From: Mobula hypostoma
Lineage: Eukaryota
Length of the DNA: 64,000 nucleotides
Assembly (NCBI RefSeq): GCF_963921235.1
Contig: NC_086097.1
Coordinates: 30,320,001 to 30,384,000 of the forward strand
Direction of reading: 5' to 3'
In this document: positions 1 to 11,607 of the stretch, one piece after another
Position numbering within the stretch: position 1 is the stretch's first letter
Layout: every line of letters begins with the position of its first letter
The notes under the pieces: model-generated
Told to the model about the DNA's origin: nothing
Databases searched by the model: none
The model's input: the letters and a program-made list of their open reading frames with translations, nothing else
Program-made: the position numbers and the translations under genes

Positions 1-251
1 GCTTTATGGAAAGCATTGCAGTGAGAGTTCCTTCCCTGCCCTTCAGTCGGCCAATGGGAAGCTGGAGGAAATGCGATGCTACCAAGCGGACCAATCACAG
101 TTGTTGCGGTCTGCGTTGCAGCGACACATAGTTACATTTTGGGAGAGGTACGTGTCAGGCTACGGCGTAGGGATCCGCGTAGCCTCTGTGTAGGGTTCGT
201 GGCAACACCGTACCTACGGCATCGATTTGATGCACAAGTATATATCAGCCT
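1..251. mobile_element. 3' end of a probable PIF/Harbinger-type non-autonomous DNA transposon (cut by window edge)
   Basis: Ends ...GATGCACAAGTATATATCAGCCT followed by TTA, with internal TACGGCGTAG-like palindromes. Resembles fish Harbinger MITE termini as recalled. Confidence 0.5.
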
Positions 252-299
252 TTAGCCGACTTGTACAAGTATAAGGTAAGGGGTGAGTATGACAGGTGG

Positions 300-972
300 C
301 TTCACATAATTACATAAAATCATGAGGGGTATAGGTAATGAGTTTTGTCACAGTCTTTTCCCCAGGATAGAGGAGGCTAAAACCAGAGGAGCAAGGTTTA
401 CAAGAGACCTGAGGGACAACATCTTCACACACAGGGTGGTAGGAATGTGGAACTGGCTGTCAGGGAAGGGTACAACCACAGAGGTATTTGGACATTTAGG
501 GAAGGTTACAAAGCACCAAGTGTTGGCAGGTGGGGCAGGTGGGACTTGCCCAGGTAAACAACTTTGTCAGCATGGACCAAGAGGGCCAAAGGGCTCGGTT
601 CCATCTGTGTCTGTGAGTAGGGTCAGAGAAGCTAAGGCAACTTAACTTGAAACAAGACGATAAGAGGCATAGATGAAGAAGAGAGTAGGAGACTCGTCCC
701 AGAATGGAAATGGCTAATATAAGAAGGTATAATTTTAAGGTGATTGAAGGGAGGTATAGGGGGGTGTCAGAAGTGTTTTTTCTCACAGAGAATGGTGGGT
801 GTCTGGAATGCCTTGCTGGTGGTGATGGTAGAGGTGGATCTGTTCAGTGTGTTTACCAGACTCTTAGACAGGCACGTGGATGATAGAAAAACGGAGATCT
901 GTGTCGGAGGGAAGGGTCAGCCCAACATTGTGGCCAATGGCCTTGAACTGTGCTGTAATGCTCTATGTTCTA
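300..972 (+). mobile_element. Two decayed CR1 LINE 3' fragments
   Basis: Translations MRGIG..LFPR...TRG and FFSQRMVGVWNAL match the CR1 ORF2 C-terminus; TCTATGTTCTA tail at about 962-972. Confidence 0.8.
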
Positions 973-1227
973 AAATGGTATTAACACTGAAAATGGAAAC
1001 TACTGGAAAAATTCAGCAGATCAGGCAGTATTTGTGAGCAGAGAAACAGTCAGCATGGGGCCCTTCATTAGACAAGAAAAAGACAGAGGAAGAGGTTGAT
1101 TAGAAAAGTATGTTTCACCATGGAGTGCAGACAAAGGAAATGGTTATATTATTATGCTATGTCATGTACTGAAGTGTAACGCAATGTTCAAATTTCTTAG
1201 CTTCCTGTATACCTTTTATTAAGTTGT

Positions 1228-1712
1228 AGTGTGGGTGGTGCAGAGCATTCCGACTGGTTGCATCACCCCCAGGTATGGAGGCTCCAACGCACAGGATTGC
1301 TCGAGGCTGCAGAGGGTTGTCGACTCAGGCAGTTCCATCACAGGCACAACCCTCCCCCTCCCCGCCATCGAGGACATCTTACAAAGCCTCAGCATTACAT
1401 CCTTCCTCTTAAATTCTTATACAGTCTTCTCAAAATGAATGCGAATGTTGAGGGGTATCTCAGGAAGACGCTGTCCGTCACTAAGGATCCTCAACGTGCA
1501 GGACATGCCCTCCTCTCATTCCTACCGCCAGGGAGGAGGTACAGGAGCCTGACGACCCACAGCCCATGATTCAGGAGGAGATTCATTCCCTCCGCCATCA
1601 GATTTCTGAATGGACAATGGACATGGATCCTTTTATCTTGCACTCTTTATTTAATTTTGAAATTTATAGTCATTTTTATGTTGATGAATTGCACTGCTGT
1701 CACAAAACAGCA
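1228..1712 (+). mobile_element. Rex1/Babar LINE 3' fragment
   Basis: SIPTGCITPRYGGSNAQD..RLQRVV and KDPQRAGHALLSFLPPGRRYRSL are Rex1-type C-terminal motifs. Confidence 0.75.
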
Positions 1713-2447
1713 ATCATCAGGAATGGTAAGGAAGGGGGCAGGAGCCAGTATAAGAAGGTGGGGTGAGGGGGGGAGTTCAGGCTGACAGGTGATAGGTGAG
1801 ACCAGGTGAGGGGGAAGGTGGGTGGTGGAGGGGGGTGAAGCTGAGGGGTGGGGGCTGGGACTTTTCAGTTTACCTGGTCATAGAAACATAGAAACATAGA
1901 AAATAGGTGCAGGAGTAGGCCATTCGGCCCTTCGAGTCTGCACCACCATTTATTATGATCATGGCTGATCATGGCCATTGTGCCTTATTTTCTGCCTGCA
2001 CTGCACTTCCTCTGCTGCTACAACACTTTATCCTTCATTCTGTCATTGTCTTCCCTTGGAACACCTCAAAGTATTGATGTGATGAAATGATCTGTGTGAA
2101 TGGTGTGCAAAACAAAGTTCTTCACTGTACCTCATGTGACAATAATAAATAATTTCTGAATCAGAATTAAGTTTAATATCAGCGGCATCAAAGTTATGTA
2201 GCGATATTTCATCACTTCATAATAAGTTTGTGTAATGATCTTTACAGTGGCCATCCCCCTCTGTGGCCATTTCTCCTTCTCGGTCCATATTGAAATAGAG
2301 TCAGGCTGCACATGAACACAGAATGGTACAGGCCCTACAGCCCCATAATATCTGCCAACATGATGCCAATTTAAACTAAATCTCTTCTGCCAGCACATTC
2401 CCTCAATTCGCTGCAGATTCATGTGTCTGCCTCACACCCTCGATTGT

Positions 2448-3121
2448 CCGGTGCTCCCGATGTGGCCTTCTATATATTGGCGAGACCCGACGCAGACTGG
2501 GAGATCGTTTTGCTGAACACCTATGCTCTGTCCGCCAGAGAAAGCAGGATCTCCCAGTGGCCACACATTTTAATTCCACATCCCATTCCCATTCTGACAT
2601 GTCTATCCACGGCCTCCTCTACTGTAAAGATGAAGCCACACTCAGGTTGGAGGAACAACACCTTATATTCCGTCTGGGTAGCCTCCAACCTGATGGCATG
2701 AACATTGACTTCTCTAACTTCCGCTAATGCCCCACCTCCCCCTCGTACCCCATCCGTTATTTATTTATATACACACATTCTTTCTCTCACTCTCCTTTTT
2801 CTCCCTCTGTCCCTCTGACTATACCCCTTGCCCATCCTCTGGGTTTTTCCCCCCTCCCTCTTTTCCTTCTCCCCGGACCTCCTGTCCCATGATCCTCTCG
2901 TATCCCCTTTGCCTATCACCTGTCCAGCTTTTGGCTCTATCCCTCCCCCTCCTGTCTTCTCCTATCATTTTGGATCTCCCCCTCCCCCTCCCACTTTCAA
3001 ATCTCTTACTAACTCTTCCTTCAGTTAGTCCTGACGAAGGGTCTCGGCCCGAAACGCCGACTGTACCTCTTCCTAGAGATGCTGCCTGGCCTGCTGTGTT
3101 CACCAGCAACTTTGATGTGTG
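2448..3121 (+). mobile_element. Penelope-like element, 5'-truncated (GIY-YIG endonuclease C-terminal part plus terminal repeat)
   Basis: Open frame 2449-2727: RCSRCGLLYIGETRRRLGDRFAEHL...RLEEQHLIFRLGSLQPDGMNIDFSNFR*. TSD TCGATTGT at 2440-2447 and 3122-3129. Confidence 0.9.
3027..3062 (+). ncRNA. Minimal type I hammerhead ribozyme motif in Penelope terminal repeat (cleavage triplet mutated to GCC)
   Basis: agtc-CTGACGA-agggtctcggccc-GAAA-cgcc-gact; stem I AGTC/GACT, stem II GGG..CCC. Confidence 0.75.
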
Positions 3122-3224
3122 TCGATTGTATCTGCTTCCAGCATTACTCCTGGCAGTCCATTGCAGGTTCCTACCACTCTCTTGCCCAGCACATCTCCTT
3201 TGAACTTTCCCCCTTGCACCTCAA

Positions 3225-3565
3225 AGATTAGCTTTATTTATGAATATTAAGATTTGCTCTCTTTATGAATATTAAGATTAGCTTTATTTGCTGTACAGAC
3301 ATATATTTAAATGTGTTCTCTGTGCCAATGAGCAACACAGTCTGAGGATGTGCTGGGGGCAGCCTGCAAATGTCGAGGTGCCCCTGTCACTGACATAGCA
3401 GGTCGACCACTGACTAACCCTAACCGTACGACTGTGGACCGCAGGAGGAAACCGGAGCATCCGGAGGAAACCCATGCGGTCAATGTGCAAACATACAGAC
3501 TTTCAGAGACTGCAGGAATTGAACCACGATTGCTGGTGTGGTGAAGGGTTATGCTAGCCACTATG
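3225..3565 (-). mobile_element. tRNA-derived V-SINE-like element
   Basis: Minus strand has a B-box (GGTTCAATTCC), a V-domain-like TGGGTTTCCTCCGGATGCTCCGGTTTCCTCC, and an AATAAAGCTAATCTT tail that is locally duplicated. Confidence 0.75.
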
Positions 3566-4545
3566 CTCCTTTGTCACCTTAAATGCACGTCCTCTGGTTT
3601 TTGACATTTTGACCCTGTCTACCCTTTCTGTGCTTCTGTTTGCTTTATAAACTTCTTTCTGGTCTCCCTGCAAAAATACTTCTGCAATTCTCATTCTGAT
3701 GCTTAAGATCTCTGCCCTCACCTCCCCCCTCCAAGTTTTTTGACCCAACTTAGGTGAAGTGGATCCTTCCTACGTACAGTACTCTCTCAAGACCCCCTCA
3801 TGAAATTACACAACATGACTAAATCTCCCTTCATCCTCCCTTCCTCCAAGAGAAAGCTCCCCCTCACAGTTACACAGCACAGAAGCAGGCCCTGACACCC
3901 ATCGTATCCATGCCGACCTGAGAGAGGCCTATTTGCCTGTGTTTGGCCCACATCCCTTGAAACCATTCGTATCCACCTGCGTGTCCAAATTCCTTTTAAA
4001 CTTCGCAATTGGTCCCACCTCCTCAGGCAGCTCACCCCCTAAACCCACCACTCTCTGTGCAAAGAAGTTGCCTCTCAAGTCCCATTTAAATCTTTTCCCT
4101 CTCACCTTCGCCTCTTAGATTCCCCAACTCCAGGGAAAAGTGACGATTACCGTTCACTTCACGTACGCACCTCATGATTTTGTAAGGTCACCCCTTAGCC
4201 TCCATCTCCTCTAGGGAAACCGGTCCCAGCCTATCCAGTCTGCTTTTATAAATCAAGCCCATGGTCAGTGTGCCAGACGCCATCTTCACCACCCTGTCTA
4301 TCTGCGTCACCACTTTGAGAGATCCACGTACCTCTAGCTCTGGGTCCACAACACTCCCAGGGCCCTGCCGTTGCTACACATTTCCACCTACCCCCTCCCC
4401 ACCCACTGACCTTCCCCTCTACCTAGGTTCACCTGTCACCTGTCAGCTTGAACTCCTTCCCCTTCTTAATGTGGCCTCTTCCCCCTTCCTTTCCAGTCCT
4501 GATGAAAGACCTCAGCCCTCCATAGAGTTGTTGAGTTCCTTCGGC

Positions 4546-4547
<2 letters not shown>

Positions 4548-4588
<41 letters not shown>
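4548..4588. repeat. (TG)n microsatellite within a Penelope terminal fragment
   Basis: About 20 TG units, directly visible. Confidence 0.95.
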
Positions 4589-4589
<1 letters not shown>

Positions 4590-5198
4590 GCCCAAGTGCT
4601 AGAGGACATGCATCTAAACGGAAGAGAGTGGGTGTAAGTTAAAGGAGATGTGTGGGGTGGTAGCCTGAAGTGTGTGGCTGGGGGTGGTGGTGGAAACAGA
4701 TACAACAGAGGTGTTGGACAGTCACATGAGCATGAAGGGAATGGAGAAATAAGGATCATGTGTGGACAGAAGGGATTTAATTTAATCTGACATTGTGTTC
4801 CGCACAGGTATCGTTGGCTGAAGATATAGGCCATAAACATAGGCGTGGAATTAGGCCATTCAGCCCATCAAGTCTGCTCTGCCGTTCCATCTCGGCTGAT
4901 GTATTATCCCTCTCAACACCATTCTCCTGCCTTCTCTCTGAAATCTTTGACATCATTACTAATCAAGAACCCATGCCCAATGACTTGGCCTCCATAGTTG
5001 TCTGTGGCAAAGAATTCCATAGATTCACCACCCCCGATGAAGAAATTCCCATTATTCCTGTTTTAAAGGGATGTTCTTTTAATCTGAGGCTGTGCCTTCC
5101 GGTCCTAGCTTTCCCATTATTGGAAACATCCTCTTCACGTCCACTCTATCTAGGCTTTTCAATATTTGGTTGATTTCAAGTAGATACCCCTTCATTCT

Positions 5199-5354
5199 AA
5201 CACTCACAAGACGATGGAGGAACTCAGCAGGTCGGGCAGCATGACGAAACGTCGATCGATCTTTTCCACTGATGCTGCCCGACCTGCTGAGTTCCTCCAG
5301 CGTGTTGTGAGTGTTGCTTTGACCCCAGCATCTTCAGATCATTTTGTGTTTACG
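5199..5354. mobile_element. Palindromic Penelope terminal-repeat-only insertion in a CR1 fragment
   Basis: Inverted arms of about 45 bp (5199-5242 and 5272-5315). Imperfect TSD ACCCC(T/C)TCATTCT at 5186-5198 and 5355-5367. Confidence 0.75.
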
Positions 5355-6054
5355 ACCCCCTCATTCTTCTAAACTCAGGGCTATCAGACGCTCCTCGGAA
5401 GGGTCTGTTCCTGTGTGGTATTGTTCTATGTTCTATGAAATCCACACTAACTGAAATTAACACATTCCATAGCTGATTTTGTGAGTGAGAGTGACGTGAC
5501 TCAGACCTTAAAAAGATCTTTAAAAGAAGCCTCAAAGAAGGAAACCAGAGACTAGTGAGCTTTACATCAAGAGGGACTATTGGGGAAAATTTCTGAAGGA
5601 TGGGAGTTACGTACACTTGGAAAAGCGGGGACTGATGGGAAGGATTCAGCATGGGGAACTCCTGTCTGACTAGTCCAGTGTAAGTAGTTTCCTGAGGAAG
5701 TAACTGAATCACTGACGACAAGGTGTTCCTGCTGACCTCAGCAAAGTCACGCACGGTAGGCTGGACCAAAAGGGTTGGGTTGTCGTGAGAAAGTTTGTTT
5801 TGGGATGTCTTACTGACTGGAAGAATGTAAAATGAGGGGGCATACGTTTAAAGAAAGTACGGGGGGAGATGTCAGAGATAAGTTTTTTTACACAGAGAGT
5901 GGAATAAGAAACAGTAAGAACATTAAGGCACATGGTTGATGAAAAAATGGAGAGCTATGTGGGAGGGAAAGTTTAGATTGATCTTTGTGTCACTACATTG
6001 TGGGCTGAATAGCCTGTACTCTGATGTAATGCTCTATGTTCTATCTTCCATGTA

Positions 6055-6240
6055 ACAAGTGGTGAGTCACAGGAATCGGTGCTGGAACTGTTGTTTGCAG
6101 TACACAGTATACAGGTGACTTGGATGAGAATGTATACGGTATGTTTTGTAAGTCTGCAGCTGATACAGAATTCTGTGAACCGGTAGACTGTGAAGAAGGT
6201 TATGAGAGGATAGTGGGATACAGGTCGACTGGAGAGTGGA
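6055..6240 (+). mobile_element. Old CR1 reverse-transcriptase remnant
   Basis: LDENVYGMFCKSAADTEF..VDCEEGY aligns by eye with CR1 LDE....ISKFADDTKIGG.VDSEEG. Confidence 0.65.
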
Positions 6241-6399
6241 CACCCCCCCAACCCCACCATTCTCCCTCACCAATTTTTACCAATGTGTCATGGAAAGCAT
6301 TCTCTCTTATCTGAAGGCATAATGGCTTCTGATATGGCAACTGCTCTGTCTCTGATCACAATTTATTATGCATTCTGTTGTTTTACCTTCTACTGTTTT

Positions 6400-6795
6400 G
6401 TTATGTCTCCTCTCTCACTGTGAAACGGAGACATCTCTTTTCCCCTATTAGGGAGAGAGAGAGAGAGAGCCTGTGGTATGTCAAATTACCGGGTGAATGA
6501 GTAGTTTTTGGGGTACTGCAAGACTGTGACTTTATTGATGCTTTGCTGCACGCTTGAGCTTGGTGGGGGGGGGGTCGGTGGTTTTTCCTGGTGGGGGAGT
6601 GGCGGTGGTCGCTGCCTCGTTGCTGCTTATGCGTGGGAGGGGGGAGTTGGGGGGGCTTTGGGGTTCTAACATTTAACTGTCATTCATTCGTTGGGGCACG
6701 CCTCTGTTTTCGTGGATGTTTGCAAAGAAAAGGAAGTTCAGGATGTGTATTGTATACATTTCTCTGACATTAAACGTACCTTTGAAACCTATTGA
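6400..6795 (+). mobile_element. Unclassified non-coding retroposon-like repeat
   Basis: No ORF. Ends in CTGACATTAAA plus short TTGAAACC repeats, like a non-LTR tail. Confidence 0.4.
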
Positions 6796-7314
6796 AACCA
6801 CAGAGCTGTGGACGCAGCTCAGCACATCACGGAAACCAGCCTCCCTCCCCTCCATGGACTCTATCTGCAGTTCTCACTGCCTTTGTAAAGCAGCCAGTGT
6901 AGTCAAAGACCGCACCCACCTCAGACATTCTCACCTCGCCTCTCCTATCGGGCAGGTGATAGAAAAGCCAGAAAGCACGTACCACCAGGCTCAGAGACAG
7001 GTGCAACCCCACTGTTATATGATCATTGAATAGTCTCCTAGTCAAGTTGGATTCTTGACCTCACAATCTACTTTGTTCTGACTTTGCAACATATTGTCTG
7101 CCTGCACTGCACTTTCTCTGCAACTAACACTCACATTTTATTCTTTATTCTGTTATTTTACCTTCTACTACCTCAATACACGGCATGCAAAACAAAGTTT
7201 TTCATTGCACATCTGACAATAATGAACCAATTTACCAGCTTGGATCGAGATGTGGCAGGTGGAATTTAATCTTGACAAGTATCAGATAACGTATTCTGTG
7301 ACATCAAATGCTAA

Positions 7315-7612
7315 CAGATTAAAGATTATCTTTATTCATTACATGTACACAGAAACAAACAGTGAAATGAGTCGTTTGCATCATCGACCAACGCAGTCTG
7401 AGGACAAGTGTTGGTCTGCTTCCAGCATAGCAAGCCCACAACTTACTAAACCTAACTCATGCATCTGTGCAGCGTGGGAGGAAATCAGGGCACCCAGAGG
7501 AAACCAACGCGGTCACGGGGAGAACGTACAAATTCCGGACAGGTAGCAGAGGGAGATGAACACGGCTCACTGGCCCTGTAAACCGTTACAGTAATCGCAA
7601 TGCTACCGTGGA
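7315..7612 (-). mobile_element. V-SINE-like element (part of the block duplicated at 41.6-42.0 kb)
   Basis: Same head, V-domain and tail motifs as the other SINE copies. Confidence 0.75.
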
Positions 7613-7639
7613 TAGGGTGGCAAAAATAGCATTTGAAAA

Positions 7640-8525
7640 TATAACAGCACAGTACAGGCCCTTCGGCCCACAGTGTTGTGCCAACCTTTAAACCTACTCT
7701 AAAATCAATTTAAGCCTTCCATTTTTCTATATCCATGTGCCTATGTAAGAGTTTTTTTAATGTCCCTAATGTATCTGTCTCTACCACCACCCTCGCAGGG
7801 TGTTCCAGGATTTGTGTAAAGAACTTCTGTATCTCTGTCATCGCCCTATACTTTCCTCCAATCTGCTTAAAATTATGACCCTTGTATTAGCCATTTCTGT
7901 CCTGGGAAAATATTTCCAGCCATGCACTCTATCTGTGCCTTTTACCATCTTGTACACCTCTATCAAATCACCTCTCAGTCTCCTTTCCTCCAGAGAGAAA
8001 AGCCCGAGCTCGCTCAACCTATTGTCATAAGACATGCTCTCTATCCCAAGCAGCATCCTAGTAAATCTCCTCTGAGCCCTCTGTAAAGCTTCCACATCGT
8101 TTCTATAATGAAGTGACCAGGTCTGAACACAATAATCCAAGTGTGGTCTAACAAGGGTTTTATAGAGCTGCATGTACAAAAGGCTGGAGGAATTCAGCAG
8201 GCTAGACAGCATCTATGGAATAAAGTACAGCCGTCGTTTCGAGCTGAGATCCTTCGCCAGTCCTGCCGAAGGGTTTCGGCCCGAAACATTGGCTGTACTT
8301 TTTACTATAGATGCTGCCTGGCCCACTGACTTCCTCCAGCATTTTGTGTGTGTTGCTCGGATTTCCAGCATCTGCAGGTTTTCTCTTGTTTGTGAATTTA
8401 TAGAGCTGCAACATTACCTCTTGGCTCTTCAATTCAATACCCCAACTAATGAAGGCCAACAATCAGGCATTCTTAACCACCCTATGAACTTTGATGAATC
8501 TATGGACAAGATCCCCCTGTTCCTC
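7640..8525 (-). mobile_element. CR1 LINE 3' fragment interrupted by a Penelope mini-insertion
   Basis: LYKTLVRPHLDYCVQTWS...LEERRLRGDLIEVYKM; continues on both sides of 8173-8396. Confidence 0.9.
8173..8396. mobile_element. Palindromic Penelope terminal-repeat-only insertion with hammerhead motif
   Basis: Inverted arms at about 8176-8255 and 8267-8347. 14-bp TSD TTTATAGAGCTGCA at 8159-8172 and 8397-8410. CTGCCGA at 8263-8269, GAAA at 8283-8286. Confidence 0.85.
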
Positions 8526-8980
8526 CATACTGCCGTGGGCTGGGGCAAGGAGGTTAAGAGTTGTGGCATTATGTTGCAGCTGTACAAAACATCAGTCAGG
8601 CTGCTCTTGGAGTACCGTGTACAGATCTGGTCGCCTCACTACAGAAAGAATGATGTAGCAATAAACGAGAGTGCAGAAGAGATTCATCAGGTCATTACCA
8701 GGGACGGAGAGCTGTAGTTATAAGAAGGGACAGGCTAGACTGTGTTTATTCTCACTGTATAATGGGGAAATGACCTTATAGAGATTTACAGAATTATAAG
8801 AGGCATAGATGGGGAGAATAGTGTTGTTTACCCAGGCCGGGGAGACTAGAACCAGGGAGCACAGCTTTACGGTTGAATGGGGATATTTAAAGATCTGAGG
8901 GGAAGTTTTTCAGCCTGAGGGTGGTTGGTACATGGGTGGAGCTGCCGGGGGAAGTGATGGAGGTTGGAACAATTACAATA

Positions 8981-9765
8981 TGTCTCCGAAGGTTCTCAGT
9001 CATCCAGGTCGTTGTATATCAAACAATAGTAAATCAACGCATCTGGACTTGCTGTCTTGTCTCGAAGATGTTTACCACTCATCCGAGAGGGTTCTTCTGT
9101 TCTAATCCATGGTGGGTAGTTTTCCGGTTTATAGACTCAGTATATCAATCACATGAGGGTCATTAAGAGTGGTAGAGGTCATGAGAGGGTCATTAGTCTT
9201 ATCTTTGCATGAATGGAGGTGTGAACTGTTGTGGAGACGCCGGGGTAGAGATGTTAGGACTACATTGTGAGTAGCTGATAGGTGGTGTTGTACCCACCCC
9301 ACCGTTCAGGGATGGACAAAGGAGCCTTCTTTGTCAAACTGGAAAACCCACCCATGAACAGAGGGAGCAACACACACGAACTGCAGGGGCAACTCAACAG
9401 GCCAGGCAGCATCATTGGGAAAGAGTACAGTCAACGTTTCGGGTCAAGATCCCTCAGCAGGACCCCTCTAACAGAGGGGGTTGGGTCCAACGTCACCTAT
9501 CAGCTACTCACAATGCAGTTCTAACATCTCTACCCCGGCATCTCCACAACAATTCATACCTCCATTCATGCAAAGATAAGACTAATGACCTCTACAACTC
9601 TTAACGACCCTCATGTGATCACTATACCTTTAAACAACTCACACAGTCTATAAACTGGAAAACTGCCCACCATGGGTTAGAACTGAAGAAGCCTATCGGA
9701 TGAGTGGTGAAATGTCTTCTAGACAACACAGCGAGTCCAGTTGCCTTGACATACTGCTTGTGTAC
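8981..9765. mobile_element. Second Penelope-like family (Poseidon-like 3' end) with inverted terminal copy, inserted in a CR1 tail
   Basis: About 9035-9285 is an inverted copy of about 9493-9750. Centre encodes KGAFFVKLENPPMNRG, a GIY-YIG C-terminal-like motif. Hammerhead motif at 9679-9720. Confidence 0.75.
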
Positions 9766-10152
9766 AAATACAACATTTAAGAGGCATTTTGATATAGAAG
9801 GCATTGAGTTACGTAGACCGTAACCCTTAATAGTCCTCCGGTTATTGTACTTATTCAAACTTCTCTTAAAAGTTGCAATCAAACACATATCCACCACTTC
9901 CTCTGGCAGCTCACATCACTCACACCACACTCGGAGGGAAGACATCTCCCTTCAGGCTCCCCTTAAATATTTTGCCTTTCACCCTTAACGTATGAACCTC
10001 TAGTTCTAGTCTCACCAATCTTAGTGGAAAAGCCTGGGTGTATTTATTCTATCGATACCCCTCATAATTATGTATACCTCTGACAAATCACCCCTTATTC
10101 TCCAATGCTCCAGGGAATACAGTCCTAACCAATTCAATCTTCCCCAATAATT

Positions 10153-11607
10153 CAAGTCAAGTCAAGTCAAGTTTATTGTCATTTTGACCATAAGCTGCTG
10201 GTACAGTACACAGTAAAAACGAAACAACGTTCCTCCAGGACCATGGTGCTACATGAAACAACACAAAACTACACTAGACTATATGAGACAGCACAAAGCT
10301 ACACTAGACTACATAAAGCAAACATAAAAACTACACTAGACTATATGAGACAGCACAAGGCTACACTAGACTACATAAAACAAACATAAAAACTACACTA
10401 GACTACAGACCTGCACAGGACTACATAAAGTGCACAAAACAGTGCAGGGCAGTACGATAATTAATAAACAAGACAATAGGCACAGTAGAGGACAAATTAC
10501 AATATAATAATAAATGATGTAGATGTCAGTCTAGTCTCTGGGTATTAAGGAGTCTGATGGCTTGGGGGAAGAAACTGTTGCACAGTCTGGTCGTGAGAGC
10601 CCGAATGCTTCGGTATCTTTTGCCAGATGGCAGGAGGGAGAAGAGTTTGTGTGAAGGGTGTGTGGGGTCCTTCACAGTACTGTTAGATTTGTGGGTGCAG
10701 CATGTAGTGTAAATGTCTGTAATAGCGGGAAGAGAGATCTCGATGATCTTCTCAGCTGACCTCACTATCCGCTGCAGGATCTTGTGATCTGAGATGGTAC
10801 AATTTCCGAACCAGGCCGTGATGCAGCTGCTCAGGATGCTCTCGATACATCCGCTGTAGAATGTGGTGAGGATGGGGGGTGGGAGATGGACTTTTCTCGG
10901 CCTTCGCAGAAAGTAGAGACACTGCTGGGCTTTCTTTGCTATGGAGCTGGTGTTGAGGGACCAGGTGAGATTCTCCACCAGGTGAACACCAAGAAATTTG
11001 GTGCTCTTAACGATCTCTACGGAGGAGCTGTCAATGTCCAGCAGAGAGTGGTCATTTTGTGTCCTCCTGAAGTCAATGACCATCTCCTTTGTTTTGTTCA
11101 CATTCAGAGACAGGTTGTTGGCTCTGCACCAGTCCGTTAGCCGCTGCACTTCCTCTCTGTCTGCTGACTCATCATTCTTGCTGATGAGACCCACCACGGT
11201 CGTGTCATCGGCGAACTTGATGATGTGGTTCGAGCTGTGTGTTGCTGCACAGTCGTGGGTCAGCAGATGAACAGCAGTGGACTGAGCACACAGCCCTGGG
11301 GGGCCCCCGTGCTCAGTGTGATGGTGTTGGAGATGCTGCTTCCAATCCGGACTGACTGAGGTCTCCCAGTCAGGAAGTCTAGGATCCAGTTGCAGAGGGA
11401 GGTGTTCAGGCCCAGCAGTTTCAGCTTTCCAATCAGGTGCTGAGGAATGATTGTGTTGAATGCTGAACTGAAGTCTATGTACAGCATTCGAATGGATGTC
11501 CAGGTGGGTGAGGACCAGGTGGAGAGCGGTGGCGATGGCGTCATCTGTTGAGCGGTCGGGACAATACGCAAACTGCAGGGGGTCCATTGAGGGGGGGCAG
11601 CAGGGTC
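10153..11607 (-). mobile_element. Rex1/Babar LINE, 5'-truncated, frameshifted reverse transcriptase
   Basis: ORFs 11260-11571 ([23 protein letters not shown]) and 10526-11611 ([24 protein letters not shown]). (CTTGA)n tail. About 62-bp tandem duplication in the 3' UTR at 10262-10405. Confidence 0.92.

Noticed and set aside
6120..6314. Apparent Cys-containing host exon (MDENVYGMFCKSAADTEFCEPVDCEEGY)
   Set aside because: Aligns by eye to the CR1 KFADD region; a decayed LINE.
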